A stretch of 64,000 nt of DNA, taken from positions 24,738,001 through 24,802,000 of the forward strand of contig OZ059900.1 in the NCBI GenBank assembly GCA_964057225.1. The letters are read 5' to 3'. Shown piece after piece: positions 12,997-25,024 of the stretch; the stretch's first letter is position 1; every line of letters starts with the position of its first letter. A program made the position numbers and the translations under genes. Source of the stretch: Auanema rhodensis (lineage: Eukaryota; Animalia; Nematoda). A model generated the notes under the pieces. That model searched no databases and was not told where the DNA came from. It saw only the letters and a list, made by a program, of their open reading frames with translations.

Positions 12997-15900
12997 CATG
13001 GGAAATACTGTGTTTTTGTATTTTTCTAGTGTTCAGCATGTAAAATGCTTCATTTTAGTATGTAACACGCTGAAATTCGTTGCATTTGACGACTCATATG
13101 AACAAAAATCGATTTAATCAATATTAGCCATAAGGGGCGTGCCCTCAGAATATGCTAATTTCCTTAATTTTCTAACCCTTGTTTTTTTGTCGTGAAAGTG
13201 GAACTAGACGTTGTACGAACAATTTTGAGCTAGGTTTCATTGACATTGCATGAGTTTGAACACATGAAATCGTAAGTCAAAACCTTGTTTACAGCGAAAT
13301 TTCCAAAAACTGGTTTTCCAGCATAATAAAATATTTCTCATGGGAAATACTGTGTTTTTGTATTTTTCTAGTGTTCAGCATGTAAAATGCTTCATTTTAG
13401 TATGTAACATGCTGAAATTCGTTGCATTTGACGACTCATATGAACAAAAATCGATTTAATCAATATTAGCCATAAGGGGCGTGCCCTCAGAATATGCTAA
13501 TTTCCTTAATTTTCTAACCCCTGTTTTTTTGTCGTGAAAGTGGAACTAGACGTTGTACGAACAATTTTGAGCTAGGTTTCATTGACATTGCATGAGTTTG
13601 AACACATGAAATCGTAAGTCAAAACCTTGTTTACAGCGAAATTTCCAAAAACTGGTTTTCCAGCATAATAAAATATTTCTCATGGGAAATACTGTGTTTT
13701 TGTATTTTTCTAGTGTTCAGCATGTAAAATGCTTCATTTTAGTATGTAACACGCTGAAATTCGTTGCATTTGACGACTCATATGAACAAAAATCGATTTA
13801 ATCAATATTAGCCATAAGGGGCGTGCCCTCAGAATATGCTAATTTCCTTAATTTTCTAACCCCTGTTTTTTTGTCGTGAAAGTGGAACTAGACGTTGTAC
13901 GAACAATTTTGAGCTAGGTTTCATTGACATTGCATGAGTTTGAACACATGAAATCGTAAGTCAAAACCTTGTTTACAGCGAAATTTCCAAAAACTGGTTT
14001 TCCAGCATAATAAAATATTTCTCATGGGAAATACTGTGTTTTTGTATTTTTCTAGTGTTCAGCATGTAAAATGCTTCATTTTAGTATGTAACACGCTGAA
14101 ATTCGTTGCATTTGACGACTCATATGAACAAAAATCGATTTAATCAATATTAGCCATAAGGGGCGTGCCCTCAGAATATGCTAATTTCCTTAATTTTCTA
14201 ACCCTTGTTTTTTTGTCGTGAAAGTGGAACTAGACGTTGTACGAACAATTTTGAGCTAGGTTTCATTGACATTGCATGAGTTTGAACACATGAAATCGTA
14301 AGTCAAAACCTTGTTTACAGCGAAATTTCCAAAAACTGGTTTTCCAGCATAATAAAATATTTCTCATGGGAAATACTGTGTTTTTGTATTTTTCTAGTGT
14401 TCAGCATGTAAAATGCTTCATTTTAGTATGTAACATGCTGAAATTCGTTGCATTTGACGACTCATATGAACAAAAATCGATTTAATCAATATTAGCCATA
14501 AGGGGCGTGCCCTCAGAATATGCTAATTTCCTTAATTTTCTAACCCCTGTTTTTTTGTCGTGAAAGTGGAACTAGACGTTGTACGAACAATTTTTAGCTA
14601 GGTTTCATTGACATTGCATGAGTTTGAACACATGAAATCGTAAGTCAAAACCTTGTTTACAGCGAAATTTCCAAAAACTGGTTTTCCAGCATAATAAAAT
14701 ATTTCTCATGGGAAATACTGTGTTTTTGTATTTTTCTAGTGTTCAGCATGTAAAATGCTTCATTTTAGTATGTAACACGCTGAAATTCGTTGCATTTGAC
14801 GACTCATATGAACAAAAATCGATTTAATCAATATTAGCCATAAGGGGCGTGCCCTCAGAATATGCTAATTTCCTTAATTTTCTAACCCCTGTTTTTTTGT
14901 CGTGAAAGTGGAACTAGACGTTGTACGAACAATTTTGAGCTAGGTTTCATTGACATTGCATGAGTTTGAACACATGAAATCGTAAGTCAAAACCTTGTTT
15001 ACAGCGAAATTTCCAAAAACTGGTTTTCCAGCATAATAAAATATTTCTCATGGGAAATACTGTGTTTTTGTATTTTTCTAGTGTTCAGCATGTAAAATGC
15101 TTCATTTTAGTATGTAACACGCTGAAATTCGTTGCATTTGACGACTCATATGAACAAAAATCGATTTAATCAATATTAGCCATAAGGGGCGTGCCCTCAG
15201 AATATGCTAATTTCCTTAATTTTCTAACCCTTGTTTTTTTGTCGTGAAAGTGGAACTAGACGTTGTACGAACAATTTTGAGCTAGGTTTCATTGACATTG
15301 CATGAGTTTGAACACATGAAATCGTAAGTCAAAACCTTGTTTACAGCGAAATTTCCAAAAACTGGTTTTCCAGCATAATAAAATATTTCTCATGGGAAAT
15401 ACTGTGTTTTTGTATTTTTCTAGTGTTCAGCATGTAAAATGCTTCATTTTAGTATGTAACATGCTGAAATTCGTTGCATTTGACGACTCATATGAACAAA
15501 AATCGATTTAATCAATATTAGCCATAAGGGGCGTGCCCTCAGAATATGCTAATTTCCTTAATTTTCTAACCCCTGTTTTTTTGTCGTGAAAGTGGAACTA
15601 GACGTTGTACGAACAATTTTGAGCTAGGTTCCATTGACATTGCATGAGTTTGAACACATGAAATCGTAAGTCAAAACCTTGTTTACAGCGAAATTTCCAA
15701 AAACTGGTTTTCCAGCATAATAAAATATTTCTCATGGGAAATACTGTGTTTTTGTATTTTTCTAGTGTTCAGCATGTAAAATGCTTCATTTTAGTATGTA
15801 ACACGCTGAAATTCGTTGCATTTGACGACTCATATGAACAAAAATCGATTTAATCAATATTAGCCATAAGGGGCGTGCCCTCAGAATATGCTAATTTCCT

Positions 15901-16074
15901 TAATTTTCTAACCCCTGTTTTTTTGTCGTGAAAGTGGAACTAGACGTTGTACGAACAATTTTGAGCTAGGTTTCATTGACATTGCATGAGTTTGAACACA
16001 TGAAATCGTAAGTCAAAACCTTGTTTACAGCGAAATTTCCAAAAACTGGTTTTCCAGCATAATAAAATATTTCT
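12997..16074 (+). repeat. 3-monomer higher-order repeat (1026 bp x 3)
   Basis: The order CCCTTG-variant, AACATG-variant, consensus monomer repeats from 12997, 14023 and 15049. Confidence 0.8.
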
Positions 16075-18126
16075 CATGGGAAATACTGTGTTTTTGTATT
16101 TTTCTAGTGTTCAGCATGTAAAATGCTTCATTTTAGTATGTAACATGCTGAAATTCGTTGCATTTGACGACTCATATGAACAAAAATCGATTTAATCAAT
16201 ATTAGCCATAAGGGGCGTGCCCTCAGAATATGCTAATTTCCTTAATTTTCTAACCCCTGTTTTTTTGTCGTGAAAGTGGAACTAGACGTTGTACGAACAA
16301 TTTTGAGCTAGGTTTCATTGACATTGCATGAGTTTGAACACATGAAATCGTAAGTCAAAACCTTGTTTACAGCGAAATTTCCAAAAACTGGTTTTCCAGC
16401 ATAATAAAATATTTCTCATGGGAAATACTGTGTTTTTGTATTTTTCTAGTGTTCAGCATGTAAAATGCTTCATTTTAGTATGTACCACGCTGAAATTCGT
16501 TGCATTTGACGACTCATATGAACAAAAATCGATTTAATCAATATTAGCCATAAGGGGCGTGCCCTCAGAATATGCTAATTTCCTTAATTTTCTAACCCCT
16601 GTTTTTTTGTCGTGAAAGTGGAACTAGACGTTGTACGAACAATTTTGAGCTAGGTTTCATTGACATTGCATGAGTTTGAACACATGAAATCGTAAGTCAA
16701 AACCTTGTTTACAGCGAAATTTCCAAAAACTGGTTTTCCAGCATAATAAAATATTTCTCATGGGAAATACTGTGTTTTTGTATTTTTCTAGTGTTCAGCA
16801 TGTAAAATGCTTCATTTTAGTATGTAACACGCTGAAATTCGTTGCATTTGACGACTCATATGAACAAAAATCGATTTAATCAATATTAGCCATAAGGGGC
16901 GTGCCCTCAGAATATGCTAATTTCCTTAATTTTCTAACCCTTGTTTTTTTGTCGTGAAAGTGGAACTAGACGTTGTACGAACAATTTTGAGCTAGGTTTC
17001 ATTGACATTGCATGAGTTTGAACACATGAAATCGTAAGTCAAAACCTTGTTTACAGCGAAATTTCCAAAAACTGGTTTTCCAGCATAATAAAATATTTCT
17101 CATGGGAAATACTGTGTTTTTGTATTTTTCTAGTGTTCAGCATGTAAAATGCTTCATTTTAGTATGTAACATGCTGAAATTCGTTGCATTTGACGACTCA
17201 TATGAACAAAAATCGATTTAATCAATATTAGCCATAAGGGGCGTGCCCTCAGAATATGCTAATTTCCTTAATTTTCTAACCCCTGTTTTTTTGTCGTGAA
17301 AGTGGAACTAGACGTTGTACGAACAATTTTGAGCTAGGTTTCATTGACATTGCATGAGTTTGAACACATGAAATCGTAAGTCAAAACCTTGTTTACAGCG
17401 AAATTTCCAAAAACTGGTTTTCCAGCATAATAAAATATTTCTCATGGGAAATACTGTGTTTTTGTATTTTTCTAGTGTTCAGCATGTAAAATGCTTCATT
17501 TTAGTATGTAACACGCTGAAATTCGTTGCATTTGACGACTCATATGAACAAAAATCGATTTAATCAATATTAGCCATAAGGGGCGTGCCCTCAGAATATG
17601 CTAATTTCCTTAATTTTCTAACCCTTGTTTTTTTGTCGTGAAAGTGGAACTAGACGTTGTACGAACAATTTTGAGCTAGGTTTCATTGACATTGCATGAG
17701 TTTGAACACATGAAATCGTAAGTCAAAACCTTGTTTACAGCGAAATTTCCAAAAACTGGTTTTCCAGCATAATAAAATATTTCTCATGGGAAATACTGTG
17801 TTTTTGTATTTTTCTAGTGTTCAGCATGTAAAATGCTTCATTTTAGTATGTAACACGCTAAAATTCGTTGCATTTGACGACTCATATGAACAAAAATCGA
17901 TTTAATCAATATTAGCCATAAGGGGCGTGCCCTCAGAATATGCTAATTTCCTTAATTTTCTAACCCTTGTTTTTTTGTCGTGAAAGTGGAACTAGACGTT
18001 GTACGAACAATTTTGAGCTAGGTTTCATTGACATTGCATGAGTTTGAACACATGAAATCGTAAGTCAAAACCTTGTTTACAGCGAAATTTCCAAAAACTG
18101 GTTTTCCAGCATAATAAAATATTTCT

Positions 18127-18651
18127 CATGGGAAATACTGTGTTTTTGTATTTTTCTAGTGTTCAGCATGTAAAATGCTTCATTTTAGTATGTAACATGC
18201 TGAAATTCGTTGCATTTGACGACTCATATGAACAAAAATCGATTTAATCAATATTAGCCATAAGGGGCGTGCCCTCAGAATATGCTAATTTCCTTAATTT
18301 TCTAACCCCTGTTTTTTTGTCGTGAAAGTGGAACTAGACGTTGTACGAACAATTTTGAGCTAGGTTTCATTGACATTGCATGAGTTTGAACACATGAAAT
18401 CGAATATTAGCCATAAGGGGCGAAATCAATATTAGCCATAAGGGGCGGGGCGTGCCCTCAGAATATGCTAATTTCCTTAATTTTCTAACCCCTGTTTTTT
18501 TGTCGTGAAAGTGGAACTAGACGTTGTACGAACAATTTTGAGCTAGGTTCCATTGACATTGCATGAGTTTGAACACATGAAATCGTAAGTCAAAACCTTG
18601 TTTACAGCGAAATTTCCAAAAACTGGTTTTCCAGCATAATAAAATATTTCT
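18127..18651 (+). repeat. Rearranged 525-bp unit (type I junction), copy 1
   Basis: Monomer 1-276, then 124-143, then A, then 120-342 with a GGGGC duplication. The junction starts at 18403. Confidence 0.93.
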
Positions 18652-20024
18652 CATGGGAAATACTGTGTTTTTGTATTTTTCTAGTGTTCAGCATGTGAAA
18701 TGCTTCATTTTAGTATGTAACACGCTGAAATTCGTTGCATTTGACGACTCATATGAACAAAAATCGATTTAATCAATATTAGCCATAAGGGGCGGGGCGT
18801 GCCCTCAGAATATGCTAATTTCCTTAATTTTCTAACCCCTGTTTTTTTGTCGTGAAAGTGGAACTAGACGTTGTACGAACAATTTTGAGCTAGGTTTCAT
18901 TGACATTGCATGAGTTTGAACACATGAAATCGTAAGTCAAAACCTTGTTTACAGCGAAATTTCCAAAAACTGGTTTTCCAGCATAATAAAATATTTCTCA
19001 TGGGAAATACTGTGTTTTTGTATTTTTCTAGTGTTCAGCATGTAAAATGCTTCATTTTAGTATGTAACTCGCTGAAATTCGTTGCATCTGACGACTCATA
19101 TGAACAAAAATCGATTTAATCAATATTAGCCATAAGGGGCGTGCCCTCAGAATATGCTAATTTCCTTAATTTTCTAACCCCTGTTTTTTTGTCGTGAAAG
19201 TGGAACTAGACGTTGTACGAACAATTTTGAGCTAGGTTTCATTGACATTGCATGAGTTTGAACACATGAAATCGTAAGTCAAAACCTTGTTTACAGCGAA
19301 ATTTCCAAAAACTGGTTTTCCAGCATAATAAAATATTTCTCATGGGAAATACTGTGTTTTTGTATTTTTCTAGTGTTCAGCATGTAAAATGCTTCATTTT
19401 AGTATGTAACACGCTGAAATTCGTTGCATTTGACGACTCATATGAACAAAAATCGATTTAATCAATATTAGCCATAAGGGGCGTGCCCTCAGAATATGCT
19501 AATTTCCTTAGTTTTCTAACCCCTGTTTTTTTGTCGTGAAAGTGGAACTAGACGTTGTACGAACAATTTTGAGCTAGGTTTCATTGACATTGCATGAGTT
19601 TGAACACATGAAATCGTAAGTCAAAACCTTGTTTACAGCGAAATTTCCAAAAACTGGTTTTCCAGCATAATAAAATATTTCTCATGGGAAATACTGTGTT
19701 TTTGTATTTTTCTAGTGTTCAGCATGTAAAATGCTTCATTTTAGTATGTAACACGCTGAAATTCGTTGCATTGGACGACTCATATGAACAAAAATCGATT
19801 TAATCAATATTAGCCATAAGGGGCGTGCCCTCAGAATATGCTAATTTCCTTAATTTTCTAACCCTTGTTTTTTTGTCGTGAAAGTGGAACTAGACGTTGT
19901 ACGAACAATTTTGAGCTAGGTTTCATTGACATTGCATGAGTTTGAACACATGAAATCGTAAGTCAAAACCTTGTTTACAGCGAAATTTCCAAAAACTGGT
20001 TTTCCAGCATAATAAAATATTTCT

Positions 20025-20549
20025 CATGGGAAATACTGTGTTTTTGTATTTTTCTAGTGTTCAGCATGTAAAATGCTTCATTTTAGTATGTAACACGCTG
20101 AAATTCGTTGCATTTGACGACTCATATGAACAAAAATCGATTTAATCAATATTAGCCATAAGGGGCGTGCCCTCAGAATATGCTAATTTCCTTAATTTTC
20201 TAACCCCTGTTTTTTTGTCGTGAAAGTGGAACTAGACGTTGTACGAACAATTTTGAGCTAGGTTTCATTGACATTGCATGAGTTTGAACACATGAAATCG
20301 AATATTAGCCATAAGGGGCGAAATCAATATTAGCCATAAGGGGCGGGGCGTGCCCTCAGAATATGCTAATTTCCTTAATTTTCTAACCCCTGTTTTTTTG
20401 TCGTGAAAGTGGAACTAGACGTTGTACGAACAATTTTGAGCTAGGTTCCATTGACATTGCATGAGTTTGAACACATGAAATCGTAAGTCAAAACCTTGTT
20501 TACAGCGAAATTTCCAAAAACTGGTTTTCCAGCATAATAAAATATTTCT
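20025..20549 (+). repeat. Rearranged 525-bp unit (type I junction), copy 2
   Basis: Same junction, GAAATCG-AATATTAGCCATAAGGGGCG-AAATCAATATTAG, at 20301. Confidence 0.93.
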
Positions 20550-21922
20550 CATGGGAAATACTGTGTTTTTGTATTTTTCTAGTGTTCAGCATGTGAAATG
20601 CTTCATTTTAGTATGTAACACGCTGAAATTCGTTGCATTTGACGACTCATATGAACAAAAATCGATTTAATCAATATTAGCCATAAGGGGCGGGGCGTGC
20701 CCTCAGAATATGCTAATTTCCTTAATTTTCTAACCCCTGTTTTTTTGTCGTGAAAGTGGAACTAGACGTTGTACGAACAATTTTGAGCTAGGTTTCATTG
20801 ACATTGCATGAGTTTGAACACATGAAATCGTAAGTCAAAACCTTGTTTACAGCGAAATTTCCAAAAACTGGTTTTCCAGCATAATAAAATATTTCTCATG
20901 GGAAATACTGTGTTTTTGTATTTTTCTAGTGTTCAGCATGTAAAATGCTTCATTTTAGTATGTAACACGCTGAAATTCGTTGCATTTGACGACTCATATG
21001 AACAAAAATCGATTTAATCAATATTAGCCATAAGGGGCGTGCCCTCAGAATATGCTAATTTCCTTAATTTTCTAACCCCTGTTTTTTTGTCGTGAAAGTG
21101 GAACTAGACGTTGTACGAACAATTTTGAGCTAGGTTTCATTGACATTGCATGAGTTTGAACACATGAAATCGTAAGTCAAAACCTTGTTTACAGCGAAAT
21201 TTCCAAAAACTGGTTTTCCAGCATAATAAAATATTTCTCATGGGAAATACTGTGTTTTTGTATTTTTCTAGTGTTCAGCATGTAAAATGCTTCATTTTAG
21301 TATGTAACTCGCTGAAATTCGTTGCATTTGACGACTCATATGAACAAAAATCGATTTAATCAATATTAGCCATAAGGGGCGTGCCCTCAGAATATGCTAA
21401 TTTCCTTAATTTTCTAACCCCTGTTTTTTTGTCGTGAAAGTGGAACTAGACGTTGTACGAACAATTTTGAGCTAGGTTTCATTGACATTGCATGAGTTTG
21501 AACACATGAAATCGTAAGTCAAAACCTTGTTTACAGCGAAATTTCCAAAAACTGGTTTTCCAGCATAATAAAATATTTCTCATGGGAAATACTGTGTTTT
21601 TGTATTTTTCTAGTGTTCAGCATGTAAAATGCTTCATTTTAGTATGTAACACGCTGAAATTCGTTGCATTTGACGACTCATATGAACAAAAATCGATTTA
21701 ATCAATATTAGCCATAAGGGGCGTGCCCTCAGAATATGCTAATTTCCTTAGTTTTCTAACCCCTGTTTTTTTGTCGTGAAAGTGGAACTAGACGTTGTAC
21801 GAACAATTTTGAGCTAGGTTTCATTGACATTGCATGAGTTTGAACACATGAAATCGTAAGTCAAAACCTTGTTTACAGCGAAATTTCCAAAAACTGGTTT
21901 TCCAGCATAATAAAATATTTCT

Positions 21923-24340
21923 CATGGGAAATACTGTGTTTTTGTATTTTTCTAGTGTTCAGCATGTAAAATGCTTCATTTTAGTATGTAACACGCTGAA
22001 ATTCGTTGCATTTGACGACTCATATGAACAAAAATCGATTTAATCAATATTAGCCATAAGGGGCGTGCCCTCAGAATATGCTAATTTCCTTAATTTTCTA
22101 ACCCTTGTTTTTTTGTCGTGAAAGTGGAACTAGACGTTGTACGAACAATTTTGAGCTAGGTTTCATTGACATTGCATGAGTTTGAACACATGAAATCGTA
22201 AGTCAAAACCTTGTTTACAGCGAAATTTCCAAAAACTGGTTTTCCAGCATAATAAAATATTTCTCATGGGAAATACTGTGTTTTTGTATTTTTCTAGTGT
22301 TCAGCATGTAAAATGCTTCATTTTAGTATGTAACACGCTGAAATTCGTTGCATTTGACGACTCATATGAACAAAAATCGATTTAATCAATATTAGCCATA
22401 AGGGGCGTGCCCTCAGAATATGCTAATTTCCTTAATTTTCTAACCCCTGTTTTTTTGTCGTGAAAGTGGAACTAGACGTTGTACGAACAATTTTGAGCTA
22501 GGTTCCATTGACATTGCATGAGTTTGAACACATGAAATCGTAAGTCAAAACCTTGTTTACAGCGAAATTTCCAAAAACTGGTTTTCCAGCATAATAAAAT
22601 ATTTCTCATGGGAAATACTGTGTTTTTGTATTTTTCTAGTGTTCAGCATGTGAAATGCTTCATTTTAGTATGTAACACGCTGAAATTCGTTGCATTTGAC
22701 GACTCATATGAACAAAAATCGATTCAATCAATATTAGCCATAAGGGGCGTGCCCTCAGAATATGCTAATTTCCTTAGTTTTCTAACCCCTGTTTTTTTGT
22801 CGTGAAAGTGGAACTAGACGTTGTACGAACAATTTTGAGCTAGGTTTCATTGACATTGCATGAGTTTGAACACATGAAATCGAATATTAGCCATAAGGGG
22901 CGAAATCAATATTAGCCATAAGGGGCGGGGCGTGCCCTCAGAATATGCTAATTTCCTTAATTTTCTAACCCCTGTTTTTTTGTCGTGAAAGTGGAACTAG
23001 ACGTTGTACGAACAATTTTGAGCTAGGTTCCATTGACATTGCATGAGTTTGAACACATGAAATCGTAAGTCAAAACCTTGTTTACAGCGAAATTTCCAAA
23101 AACTGGTTTTCCAGCATAATAAAATATTTCTCATGGGAAATACTGTGTTTTTGTATTTTTCTAGTGTTCAGCATGTAAAATGCTTCATTTTAGTATGTAA
23201 CACGCTGAAATTCGTTGCATTTGACGACTCATATGAACAAAAATCGATTTAATCAATATTAGCCATAAGGGGCGTGCCCTCAGAATATGCTAATTTCCTT
23301 AATTTTCTAACCCTTGTTTTTTTGTCGTGAAAGTGGAACTAGACGTTGTACGAACAATTTTGAGCTAGGTTTCATTGACATTGCATGAGTTTGAACACAT
23401 GAAATCGTAAGTCAAAACCTTGTTTACAGCGAAATTTCCAAAAACTGGTTTTCCAGCATAATAAAATATTTCTCATGGGAAATACTGTGTTTTTGTATTT
23501 TTCTAGTGTTCAGCATGTAAAATGCTTCATTTTAGTATGTAACACGCTGAAATTCGTTGCATTTGACGACTCATATGAACAAAAATCGATTTAATCAATA
23601 TTAGCCATAAGGGGCGTGCCCTCAGAATATGCTAATTTCCTTAATTTTCTAACCCCTGTTTTTTTGTCGTGAAAGTGGAACTAGACGTTGTACGAACAAT
23701 TTTGAGCTAGGTTCCATTGACATTGCATGAGTTTGAACACATGAAATCGTAAGTCAAAACCTTGTTTACAGCGAAATTTCCAAAAACTGGTTTTCCAGCA
23801 TAATAAAATATTTCTCATGGGAAATACTGTGTTTTTGTATTTTTCTAGTGTTCAGCATGTGAAATGCTTCATTTTAGTATGTAACACGCTGAAATTCGTT
23901 GCATTTGACGACTCATATGAACAAAAATCGATTCAATCAATATTAGCCATAAGGGGCGTGCCCTCAGAATATGCTAATTTCCTTAGTTTTCTAACCCCTG
24001 TTTTTTTGTCGTGAAAGTGGAACTAGACGTTGTACGAACAATTTTGAGCTAGGTTTCATTGACATTGCATGAGTTTGAACACATGAAATCGAATATTAGC
24101 CATAAGGGGCGAAATCAATATTAGCCATAAGGGGCGGGGCGTGCCCTCAGAATATGCTAATTTCCTTAATTTTCTAACCCCTGTTTTTTTGTCGTGAAAG
24201 TGGAACTAGACGTTGTACGAACAATTTTGAGCTAGGTTCCATTGACATTGCATGAGTTTGAACACATGAAATCGTAAGTCAAAACCTTGTTTACAGCGAA
24301 ATTTCCAAAAACTGGTTTTCCAGCATAATAAAATATTTCT
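21923..24340 (+). repeat. Tandem duplication of a 1209-bp block (342+342+525) containing type I junction copies 3 and 4
   Basis: Junctions at 22883 and 24092 and the GATTCAAT variant at 22725 and 23934 are both 1209 bp apart. Blocks start at 21923 and 23132. Confidence 0.92.
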
Positions 24341-25024
24341 CATGGGAAATACTGTGTTTTTGTATTTTTCTAGTGTTCAGCATGTAAAATGCTTCATTTT
24401 AGTATGTAACACGCTGAAATTCGTTGCATTTGACGACTCATATGAACAAAAATCGATTTAATCAATATTAGCCATAAGGGGCGTGCCCTCAGAATATGCT
24501 AATTTCCTTAATTTTCTAACCCCTGTTTTTTTGTCGTGAAAGTGGAACTAGACGTTGTACGAACAATTTTGAGCTAGGTTTCATTGACATTGCATGAGTT
24601 TGAACACATGAAATCGTAAGTCAAATCCTTGTTTACAGCGAAATTTCCAAAAACTGGTTTTCCAGCATAATAAAATATTTCTCATGGGAAATACTGTGTT
24701 TTTGTATTTTTCTAGTGTTCAGCATGTAAAATGCTTCATTTTAGTATGTAACACGCTGAAATTCGTGGCATTTGACGACTCATATGAACAAAAATCGATT
24801 TAATCAATATTAGCCATAAGGGGCGTGCCCTCAGAATATGCTAATTTCCTTAATTTTCTAACCCCTGTTTTTTTGTCGTCAAAGTGGAACTAGACGTTGT
24901 ACAAACAATTTTGAGCTAGGTTTCATTGACATTGCATGAGTTTGAACACATGAAATCGTAAGTCAAAACCTTGTTTACAGCGAAATTTCCAAAAACTGGT
25001 TTTCCAGCATAATAAAATATTTCT

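Noticed and set aside
18403-18451. Transposon insertion or footprint with target-site duplication at the rearranged junctions
   Set aside because: Essentially all junction sequence derives from the monomer itself, apart from 1-2 nt. There are no terminal repeats or foreign DNA.
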